Origin: Betaproteobacteria bacterium
GTDB lineage: Bacteria > Pseudomonadota > Gammaproteobacteria > Burkholderiales > SG8-39
Direction: 5' to 3'
Assembly (NCBI GenBank): GCA_052386675.1
Contig: JBQTJX010000014.1
Span: forward strand, 18,120 to 82,119
DNA length: 64,000 nucleotides
The notes under the pieces were generated by a model. The model made no database searches. It was given only the letters and a program-made list of their open reading frames with translations, and was not told the origin of the DNA. Below, piece by piece: positions 43,478 through 51,371 of the stretch (positions are counted from its first letter, which is position 1; every line of letters begins with the position of its first letter). Position numbers and translations under genes: made by a program.

Positions 43478-44701
43478 ATGCCCGGTCCGCTTTCCCACGT
43501 CCGCGTCCTAGACCTGTCCAGGGTGCTTGCCGGGCCCTGGGCGGGACAGAACCTCGCCGACCTTGGCGCCGAAGTGATCAAGGTGGAGCGCCCGAAGGTG
43601 GGCGACGACTCGCGTGCCTTCGGCCCGCCCTGGGTGAAGGACGGCGAGGGCCGAGACACGAAGGACTCCGCCTACTTCACCTCCGCGAACCGAGGCAAGA
43701 AATCGGTGACCGTGAACCTCGCGTCCCCCTCTGGACAAGCGCTGGTGCGGGAACTGGCCCTGAAATCGGACGTCCTCATCGAGAACTACAAGTTCGGCGA
43801 TCTCGTGCGCTACGGCCTGGGCTACGACGACCTGGCGAAGCTGAACCCACGCCTGGTCTATTGTTCCGTGACCGGCTTCGGCCAGACCGGGCCGCAGCGC
43901 GAGCACCCTGGCTACGATTTCATGATCCAGGGCATGGGCGGCATGATGAGCGTAACCGGCGAGCCCGATGGCGCGCCCGGCGGCGGCCCGCAACGCGCCG
44001 GCGTCCCTGTGGCCGACATCATCACCGGCATGTATGCCTCGATCGCGATTTGCGCCGCGCTTGCCAGCCGCGCGGAGACGGGGAAGGGCCAGCACCTCGA
44101 CCTCGCGTTGCTGGACTCGCAGATCGCGCTGCTCGCCTACCAGAACACCAACTACTTCGCGACCGGCACGCCTCCGAAGCGCATCGGCAATCTCCACCCG
44201 AACATCGTTCCCTACCAGCCGTTCAAGACTGCGGACGGTGACGTCATCCTTGCCTGCGGCAACGACAATCTGTACCGCAAGTTCTGCGACGCGGCGGGCT
44301 GCGGCGAACTGGCGGTGGACCCGCGCTTCGTGACCAACGCCAAGCGCGTTGAGAACCGGGTCGAAATGACGCAACTGCTGCAGGAGATATTCCTCAAGCG
44401 CGGGACCAAGGAATGGCTCGCGCTGCTGGAGGCCGCTGGCGTGCCCAATGGGCCGATCAACAACGTCGCGCAGGTGTTCGAGGAGCCGCAGGTGAAGGCA
44501 CGCGGCATCCGCCTCAAACTGGACCACCCGGCGGCCGGGAAACTGGATTCGGTGGCGAGTCCGATGCGCTTCTCCGGGACGCCGCTCGCGTTTGAACGCG
44601 CGCCCCCCCTGCTGGGGCAGCACACGGACGAGATCCTGCGGGGGTTGCTGGGCAAAAGCGACGCGGAGCTGGCAAAGCTCCGCGCCGATGGGGTCGTTTA
44701 G
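43478..44701 (+). CDS. Family III CoA-transferase (CaiB/BaiF family)
   Basis: MPGPLSHVRVLDLSRVLAGPWAGQNLADLGAEVIKVERP, about 407 aa. Confidence 0.9.
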   Translation: MPGPLSHVRVLDLSRVLAGPWAGQNLADLGAEVIKVERPKVGDDSRAFGPPWVKDGEGRDTKDSAYFTSANRGKKSVTVNLASPSGQALVRELALKSDVLIENYKFGDLVRYGLGYDDLAKLNPRLVYCSVTGFGQTGPQREHPGYDFMIQGMGGMMSVTGEPDGAPGGGPQRAGVPVADIITGMYASIAICAALASRAETGKGQHLDLALLDSQIALLAYQNTNYFATGTPPKRIGNLHPNIVPYQPFKTADGDVILACGNDNLYRKFCDAAGCGELAVDPRFVTNAKRVENRVEMTQLLQEIFLKRGTKEWLALLEAAGVPNGPINNVAQVFEEPQVKARGIRLKLDHPAAGKLDSVASPMRFSGTPLAFERAPPLLGQHTDEILRGLLGKSDAELAKLRADGVV

Positions 44702-44707
44702 CCCCGC

Positions 44708-45685
44708 TTAGTTGTCGACCTTCGCGCCGGCATCCTTCACTACCTTCGCCCACTTCGCCATCTCGGTTTTCACCAGTGCGGCCATCTCGGCGGGCGGCAT
44801 GCCGCCCGGGGTGGCGCCCTGCTCGGCCCAGATCTTCTTCAGCTCCGGGGTGTTCATCGCCGCGACCATGTCCTTGTAGATGCGATCCTTGGCAGCCTGA
44901 GGCGTGCCCTTGAGTGCCCAAAGTCCGTACCAGGTGCGCACCTCATAGCCCGGCACGCCGGCCTCGGCCATCGTTGGCACGTTGGGCAGCACCGGGTTGC
45001 GCGCGACACTGGTGATCGCGAGCGGGATCAGCTTGCCGCCTCGAACCTGCACCGATGAGGTGCCCAGCCCGTCGAAGGCCAGGTCCACCTGTCCCGCCAG
45101 CAGGTCGAGCATCAGCGGGCCGGCGCCGCGGTAGGGAATGTGGACGATGAAGGTCTTGGTCATGGTCTTGAACAATTCCACCGCAAGGTGGTGCGTCGTG
45201 CCGCTGCCCGCGGATCCATAGTTGAGCTTGCCGGGGTTGGCCCGGGTGTAGTCAATCAGGTCCTTGAGGGTCTTGAACTTGTCCGCATGCTTGGGATGCA
45301 CCACCACCACGTTCGGAACGAACGCCGCGACCGTGATCGGTTCGAAATCGCGCTCCAGGCTGTAGGGTAGCCGTGTGTAGAGGCTCTCGGCGATGGTGTG
45401 GTGTACCGCGCCGAAAAACCAGTTGTAGCCGTCGGGCGCGCGCTTGGCGACGTTGGCCGCTCCGACCGTGCCGCCGGCGCCGCCCTGGTTCTCGATGATG
45501 ACCTGCTGGCCGAGTGTCTGCGACATACGCGCCGCGATAGGCCGTGCAAAGGTGTCGGTCCCGCCGCCGGCGGGGAACGGGTTCAGGAACGTGATCGCCT
45601 TGGTGGGCCAGGCCTGCGCCTGGGCGGGCAGGGCGGTGGCGACCGCGGTGGACATGAGGCCGGCAGCAAAGATTCTCTTAAGCAT
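44708..45685 (-). CDS. Tripartite tricarboxylate transporter substrate-binding protein (Bug/TctC family)
   Basis: Signal peptide, then WPTKAITFLNPFPAGGGTDTFARP. 325 aa with a strong SD (GGAGGAGGA). Confidence 0.9.
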   Translation of the reverse strand: MLKRIFAAGLMSTAVATALPAQAQAWPTKAITFLNPFPAGGGTDTFARPIAARMSQTLGQQVIIENQGGAGGTVGAANVAKRAPDGYNWFFGAVHHTIAESLYTRLPYSLERDFEPITVAAFVPNVVVVHPKHADKFKTLKDLIDYTRANPGKLNYGSAGSGTTHHLAVELFKTMTKTFIVHIPYRGAGPLMLDLLAGQVDLAFDGLGTSSVQVRGGKLIPLAITSVARNPVLPNVPTMAEAGVPGYEVRTWYGLWALKGTPQAAKDRIYKDMVAAMNTPELKKIWAEQGATPGGMPPAEMAALVKTEMAKWAKVVKDAGAKVDN

Positions 45686-45755
45686 TTTTCCTCCTCCGGA
45701 AATGGGTGGAACGATCTCCCGCGAAAATCATAACATCCGGCCGCCCAGGAACCCC

Positions 45756-46538
45756 TCAGCGACCTGCGAACTTCGGTTTTTCCTTGGCGAGGAACGCGGC
45801 GACTCCGATCCTGAAGTCCTCGGTGTCGAAGCAGGCGTAGCCTTCGTCCCGTTCGGCATCCGTGATCGGGCGCGGGTCGAGCAGGCGGCGGATGAATTTC
45901 TTGTGCCAGCGCGCCACCAGCGGCGCCCCGGCGGCTATGCGCTGCGCGGTGGCGCAGGCTTCCTCAACCACCTTGTCGTCGGCGATGACGCGGTTGACGA
46001 GGTTCTTCTCGTAGGCCTCGCGCGCACCCCAGATGCGTCCCTCGAGCAGCATTTCCAGCGCCACGTTCGGGCCGGCGGCACGCAGCATGCCCGCGAGCTC
46101 GTCGTAGGACTCCGTGAGGCCGAGGTTCTTCACCGGAACGCCGAACCGCGCCGATTCGTTGCAGATGCGCAGGTCGCACTGGGAAGCAATCAGCAGCCCG
46201 CCGCCGATGCAGGCGCCCTGGATCAGTGCAACTGTCGGGTGCCGGCAGCCGGCCACCGCCGCCATCCAGTTGATGCCCTCGCGGCTGTATTTCCGCGCCT
46301 GAGCCGAGTTGGCGCGTTCCTTGTGGAACTCGGCGATGTCGGCGCCTGCGGCGAAAGCCTTGTCGCCGGCGCCGCGGAGGACGACACAGCGCAGGCTCTC
46401 GTCCGCGTCCAGTTCCTGCATGATTTCGCCCAGGCGCTGCCACATCGCCTTGTCGAGCGCGTTCATGCGCCCCGGGCTGGACAGGGTGACGGTGGCGATG
46501 GCGCCGTCACGCGCGAGCAGGACGCTGCCGCCCGCCAC
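45756..46538 (-). CDS. Enoyl-CoA hydratase/isomerase (crotonase) family protein
   Basis: 260 aa. VVLRGAGDKAFAAGADI and ALIQGACIGGGLLIASQCDLRI. GTG start. Confidence 0.88.
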   Translation of the reverse strand: MAGGSVLLARDGAIATVTLSSPGRMNALDKAMWQRLGEIMQELDADESLRCVVLRGAGDKAFAAGADIAEFHKERANSAQARKYSREGINWMAAVAGCRHPTVALIQGACIGGGLLIASQCDLRICNESARFGVPVKNLGLTESYDELAGMLRAAGPNVALEMLLEGRIWGAREAYEKNLVNRVIADDKVVEEACATAQRIAAGAPLVARWHKKFIRRLLDPRPITDAERDEGYACFDTEDFRIGVAAFLAKEKPKFAGR

Positions 46539-46541
46539 GGG

Positions 46542-47738
46542 TCAGGCCGCCACGCGCGCGGGTTTGGCGTGGAACTCCGCGAGGTATTCCATCGCTGCTT
46601 GCACGCCTTCCTTCCTGAGCGGCACGCCGGCTAGTTGCATGCCCATTTCGCAGCCCGCAAGAGTGCCCATGAGCGTCAGGTCGTTGAAATCGCCCAAGTG
46701 CCCGATGCGGAACACCTTGCCGGCGAGCTTCGATAGCCCGGTGCCCAGCGACATGTCGAAGTTCTCCAGTATGACCTTGCGCAGGCGGTCGGCATCATGG
46801 CCCGCGGGCATCAGCACCGCGGTGAGCGAACCGGAATATTCCGCCGGGTTCTTCGCCAGCACTTCCAGGCCCCAGGCGCGCACGGCGCGCCGCGTGGCTT
46901 CGCCATGGCGTTGGTGGCGGGCGAACACGTTCTCCAGGCCTTCCTCCTCGAGCAGCATCGTCAGCGCCTCGCGCAGGCCGTAGAGCAGGTTGGTGGCCGG
47001 CGTGTACGGAAAATAGCCGTCCTTGTTGGAGGCGATCATTTCATTCCAGTCCCAGAAGCTGCGCGCCAGCTTCGCGGACTTCGACGCCTCGAGCGCCTTC
47101 GTGGAGACCGCGTTGAACGACAGCCCTGGCGGGAGCATCAGGCCCTTCTGCGAGCCCCCGACGGTGACGTCCACGCCCCACTCGTCATGGCGGTAGTCAA
47201 GCGACGCCAGCGACGAGATCGTGTCCACCATGAGCAGCGCCGGGTGCTTCGCTGCGTCGATGGCCTTGCGGACCTCAGCGATGCGCGACACCACGCCGGT
47301 CGAGGTCTCGTTGTGCACCACGCACACGGCCTTGATCGCCTTGGCGCCGTCCCCGCGCAACCGCTTCTCGATTGCCTCCGGATCGGCGCCGGTCCGCCAG
47401 TCGCCGGCGATGAACTCGGGCTTCAGGCCCAGCTTGAGCGCCATTTTCTGCCACAAGGTGGCGAAATGCCCGGTCTCGTACATGAGGACCGAGTCTCCCG
47501 GGGAGAGCGTGTTGGCGAGCGCGGCCTCCCAGGCGCCGGTGCCCGAGGCGGGGTAGATGACGACGTGGCTGCTGGTCTTGAAGATGCGCTTCATGCCCTC
47601 CAGGACGGTCTTGCCCAGGGGCGCGAAGTCCGGCCCGCGGTGGTCCATGGTCGGCATGTCGATGGCGCGCAGGACCCGGTCGGGGACGTTGGTCGGCCCG
47701 GGGATCTGGAGAAAATGGCGTCCGGCTGCTCTTGGCAT
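46542..47738 (-). CDS. Class V aminotransferase (serine/alanine-glyoxylate aminotransferase-like)
   Basis: 398 aa. FLQIPGPTNVPDRVLRAI N-terminus, PLP-Lys context VGGSQKGLMLPPG. SD AGGAGA. Confidence 0.88.
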   Translation of the reverse strand: MPRAAGRHFLQIPGPTNVPDRVLRAIDMPTMDHRGPDFAPLGKTVLEGMKRIFKTSSHVVIYPASGTGAWEAALANTLSPGDSVLMYETGHFATLWQKMALKLGLKPEFIAGDWRTGADPEAIEKRLRGDGAKAIKAVCVVHNETSTGVVSRIAEVRKAIDAAKHPALLMVDTISSLASLDYRHDEWGVDVTVGGSQKGLMLPPGLSFNAVSTKALEASKSAKLARSFWDWNEMIASNKDGYFPYTPATNLLYGLREALTMLLEEEGLENVFARHQRHGEATRRAVRAWGLEVLAKNPAEYSGSLTAVLMPAGHDADRLRKVILENFDMSLGTGLSKLAGKVFRIGHLGDFNDLTLMGTLAGCEMGMQLAGVPLRKEGVQAAMEYLAEFHAKPARVAA

Positions 47739-47777
47739 CTCTGTCTCCTACGTTTGCATGCAATTTTATCTATTGTG

Positions 47778-47802
47778 CGCAACATAAGGGCAAAATGTTG
47801 CG
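47778..47802. promoter_or_regulatory. Inverted repeat CGCAACAT-N9-ATGTTGCG in the divergent aminotransferase/GntR spacer; candidate operator
   Basis: Perfect 8-bp arms read directly. The spacer is AT-rich and also contains two copies of TGCATGCAA (47755-47763, 47826-47834). Confidence 0.35.
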
Positions 47803-47835
47803 TGATGCCCATATTTTTTGTATTCTGCATGCAAA

Positions 47836-48525
47836 ATGAGCCCTCCGCAAGAGTCCACCCCTATCATCCGCCGCCCCCTCCACGAGGAGGCTGCGGATCG
47901 CGTCCGGGACCTGATCGTACAGGGACAGCTTGCACCGGGCGCCCGGCTGAACGAACGCCTGCTGACCGCCGAACTAGGCCTTTCTCGCACGCCATTGCGG
48001 GAGGCCTTCAAGGTACTCGCCACGGAGGGATTGATTGAACTGCTGCCCAACCGCGGCGCGATCGTGTCGCAGATCGACGCCGCTCGCCTCGCGGAGACGC
48101 TGTCCGTCATGGGCGCTCTGGAGGCGCTCGCAGGCGAACTTGCCTGCCGCCAGGCCACCAGCGCGCAGCTGAACGAGATCCGCGCCTTGCATTACGAGAT
48201 GCGAGCGCACCACGCGCGCGGGGATCTCGCCGGCTACTTCAAGTTCAACCAGGCCATCCACCTCAAGATCGTCAAGTACTCCGGCAACGCCGTGCTCAAC
48301 ACCACCTACCGTCAGATGAACGGCTACGTGCGCCGCGCGCGCTACATGGCCAACCTCTCGCAAGAGCGCTGGGACGCCGCGGTGCGCGAGCACGATGAGA
48401 TCCTCGCCGCACTGGGCGCGAGGGATATCAACCGCATCAAGGCGCTGCTCTCGGATCACCTTGCGCACAAGCTGGCCAGCGTGCTCGCGGAACTCGGCCA
48501 ACCCGCCGCCCGGCAGGCGGCATGA
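47836..48525 (+). CDS. GntR-family (FadR/FCD-type) transcriptional regulator
   Basis: wHTH RLNERLLTAELGLSRTPLREAFKVLATEGLIE plus a helical C-terminal FCD-like domain. ATG 47836 is preferred over 47818. Confidence 0.88.
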   Translation: MSPPQESTPIIRRPLHEEAADRVRDLIVQGQLAPGARLNERLLTAELGLSRTPLREAFKVLATEGLIELLPNRGAIVSQIDAARLAETLSVMGALEALAGELACRQATSAQLNEIRALHYEMRAHHARGDLAGYFKFNQAIHLKIVKYSGNAVLNTTYRQMNGYVRRARYMANLSQERWDAAVREHDEILAALGARDINRIKALLSDHLAHKLASVLAELGQPAARQAA

Positions 48526-51335
48526 GCACGTTGGAGCAGAGGCTTCGCAAGGAAGTCGACGGCGAAGTCCTGTTCGACACCGCCTCGTGCGGCCGCTATG
48601 CCACCGACGCCTCCATCTACCAGGTGATGCCGGTGGGCGTGGTGGTGCCGAGGACAGAGGAAGCGGCGCGCATCGCGATCTCGGTAGCCGCATCGGAGGG
48701 CGTGCCCGTGCTGCCGCGCGGTGCCGGCAGCTCGCAATGCGGCCAGACCGTGGGCGAGGCCCTGGTGATCGATACCTCGAAGCACCTTAACCGGGTCATT
48801 GAAGTGAATGCGGCCGAACGGACTGCGGTGGTGCAGCCCGGCCTGGTGCTCGATGCGCTAAATGCCAGCCTCCGTGCGCAGGGCCTGTGGTTCCCCGTGG
48901 ACGTGTCCACCAGCGCCCAGGCGACGCTGGGCGGCATGGCCGGCAACAACTCCTGTGGCTCCCGGTCCATCGCCTACGGCAACATGGTTCACAACGTACT
49001 CGCCATTGATGCGTTGACCGCAGATGGCGTGGCCCGCCGCTTCGGCCCGATGAGCGACGGCTCCGAGCTCTCACGCAAGCTGAAGGCGATCTACCAGCGC
49101 GACCGGCAGGAAATCGAGGCGCGCTTCCCGAAGGTTCTGCGCAAGGTCGCGGGCTACAACCTCGATCACCTTGGTCCGCCCTACGAGAATTCGGCTCACC
49201 TGCTGGTGGGATCGGAAGGCACGCTTGCCTGGTTCGAGCGCCTGCACTTGAAACTTTCGCCGCTCCCCGCGGCACGCGCACTGGGCGTCGTGCACTTCCC
49301 GAGGTTCTATACCGCGATGGACCTGACCCGGCACATCGTGAAGCTGGGTCCCTCGGCAGTGGAACTGGTGGACCGGACGATGATCGGCCTGGCGCGGGAG
49401 ATCGACGCTTTCCGAGCCACGGTGGACGCCATCATCAAGGGTGAGCCCGACGCCATCCTGCTGGTGGAGTTCTCCGGCGCCGACCAATCCGGGCAGAACG
49501 CCAAGCTGAGGCAACTGGTGCAGCTGATGGGGGACCTCGGCCTGCCCGGAAGCGTAGTGGAGCTAACCGGCCAGAAGCAGCAGAAGGACCTGTGGGAGGT
49601 GAGGAAAGCCGGCCTCAACATCATGATGTCCATGAAGGGCGACGGCAAACCGGTGTCCTTCATCGAGGACTGCGCGGTGCCGCTGGAGCACCTGGCCGAA
49701 TACACCGACCGTCTGACGCAGGTGTTCGAAAAGCACGGCACGCGCGGCACCTGGTACGCGCATGCCTCAGTGGGCACGCTGCACGTGCGCCCGGTGCTGG
49801 ACATGCGTCGCGACGGAGCGGAGAAGATGCGCGCCATCGCCGAGGAAGCCAGCGCCCTGGTGAAGCAGTACAAGGGCGCGTACTCCGGTGAGCATGGCGA
49901 CGGCCTGGTGCGTTCCGAGTGGATCGCACCGTTCTTCGGCCCGCGCCTCACCTCCACGCTGGCGGAGATCAAGGGTCTGTTCGATCCGAATGGCCTCATG
50001 AATCCCGGCAAGATCGTGAACCCGCCGAAGATGGACCAGCGCACGCTGTTCCGCTTTCCGCCGGGCTACGCAACGCAGCCGCCGTCCGCGGCCCTGGACT
50101 GGTCCGAATGGGGCGGCTTCGACAAGGCCGTGGAGATGTGCAACAACAATGGCCATTGCCGCAAGCGCGACGCCGGCACCATGTGTCCTTCCTACCGCGC
50201 CACCGGCGACGAGCGGCACGTGACGCGCGGTCGCGCCAACACGCTGCGGCTGGCGCTGTCCGGACAACTGGGGACGCAATCGGACGAGCAGGTGAAGGAG
50301 GCGCTCGACCTGTGCGTGTCCTGCAAGGGCTGCAAGCGCGAATGCCCTACCGGCGTGGACATGGCACGCATGAAGATCGAGTTCCTCGCCCACTACAAGA
50401 AGCGCCATGGTCATACGCTGCGCGACCGCGTCGTCGCCTGGCTGCCTCGCTACGCCCCGCTCGCCTCGAGCCTGGCCCCGCTCGCCAACCTGCTGCAGCC
50501 GCTGGGTGCGCGCATCGCCGGGTTCACCGGCAAGCGCGCGCTGCCGCAGTGGCGCCGCGATCGCTTCGTGGACGGCGCCTGGCCCAAGCGCGGCAAGCGC
50601 GAGGTGGTGTTGTGGGTCGACACGTTCAACCGCTACTTCGAGCCGGACAACGCGCGCGCCGCGGTCCGCGTGCTGGAAGCGGCGGGCTACCGCGCCCGTG
50701 ACGTCGAGGCTCCCGGCGGCGGCCGGCCGCTATGCTGCGGCAGGACCTTCCTGTCGGCGGGCATGGTGGACGAAGCGAAGGCCGAAGCGCGGCGCACGCT
50801 GGAGGCGCTCGCGCCTTGGGTGGTGAACGGCGTGCCGGTCCTCGGACTTGAGCCTTCCTGCCTGTACACCCTCAAGGATGAGCTCACTGTGCTGCTGCCA
50901 GGCGAGGAATCGAAGTCGCTGGCGGCGAACGCCATGCTGTTCGAGGAGTTCCTGGTGCGCGAGAGCGAGGCCGGCCGCCTCAAGCTGGCGCTCAAGCCGC
51001 TCGCCACCGACGCCCTGCTGCACGGCCATTGCCACCAGAAGGCATTCGGCGCAATGGGCGCGGTGCAGAAGGCGCTCGCGCTGGTACCCGGACTGACGAC
51101 CGCCACAGTCGACTCGAGCTGTTGCGGCATGGCCGGAAGCTTCGGCTACGAATCGGAACACTACGATGTGTCGATGAGCATGGCGGAAGCGGACCTGCTG
51201 CCCGCGGTGCGCAAGGCATCGAGAAACGCGGTCGTGGTCGCCGACGGCACCAGCTGCCGCCACCAGATCGCCGATGGCGCTGGCCGCGACGCGCTGCACG
51301 TCGCGCGCGTGCTGGAAATGGCGTTGGCAGGATAA
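48522..51335 (+). CDS. FAD-binding plus (Fe-S)-binding fusion oxidoreductase (GlcD-GlcF / YdiJ-like 2-hydroxyacid dehydrogenase)
   Basis: 937 aa: N-terminal FAD PCMH domain (GVPVLPRGAGSS), Cys clusters CNNNGHCRKRDAGTMCPSY and CVSCKGCKRECPTG, C-terminal CCG-type repeats. ATGA overlap with the GntR stop. Confidence 0.88.
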   Translation: MSTLEQRLRKEVDGEVLFDTASCGRYATDASIYQVMPVGVVVPRTEEAARIAISVAASEGVPVLPRGAGSSQCGQTVGEALVIDTSKHLNRVIEVNAAERTAVVQPGLVLDALNASLRAQGLWFPVDVSTSAQATLGGMAGNNSCGSRSIAYGNMVHNVLAIDALTADGVARRFGPMSDGSELSRKLKAIYQRDRQEIEARFPKVLRKVAGYNLDHLGPPYENSAHLLVGSEGTLAWFERLHLKLSPLPAARALGVVHFPRFYTAMDLTRHIVKLGPSAVELVDRTMIGLAREIDAFRATVDAIIKGEPDAILLVEFSGADQSGQNAKLRQLVQLMGDLGLPGSVVELTGQKQQKDLWEVRKAGLNIMMSMKGDGKPVSFIEDCAVPLEHLAEYTDRLTQVFEKHGTRGTWYAHASVGTLHVRPVLDMRRDGAEKMRAIAEEASALVKQYKGAYSGEHGDGLVRSEWIAPFFGPRLTSTLAEIKGLFDPNGLMNPGKIVNPPKMDQRTLFRFPPGYATQPPSAALDWSEWGGFDKAVEMCNNNGHCRKRDAGTMCPSYRATGDERHVTRGRANTLRLALSGQLGTQSDEQVKEALDLCVSCKGCKRECPTGVDMARMKIEFLAHYKKRHGHTLRDRVVAWLPRYAPLASSLAPLANLLQPLGARIAGFTGKRALPQWRRDRFVDGAWPKRGKREVVLWVDTFNRYFEPDNARAAVRVLEAAGYRARDVEAPGGGRPLCCGRTFLSAGMVDEAKAEARRTLEALAPWVVNGVPVLGLEPSCLYTLKDELTVLLPGEESKSLAANAMLFEEFLVRESEAGRLKLALKPLATDALLHGHCHQKAFGAMGAVQKALALVPGLTTATVDSSCCGMAGSFGYESEHYDVSMSMAEADLLPAVRKASRNAVVVADGTSCRHQIADGAGRDALHVARVLEMALAG

Positions 51336-51371
51336 GGAAATAACCGGTCTTCCCGCGTTAGCATTGGGCGC

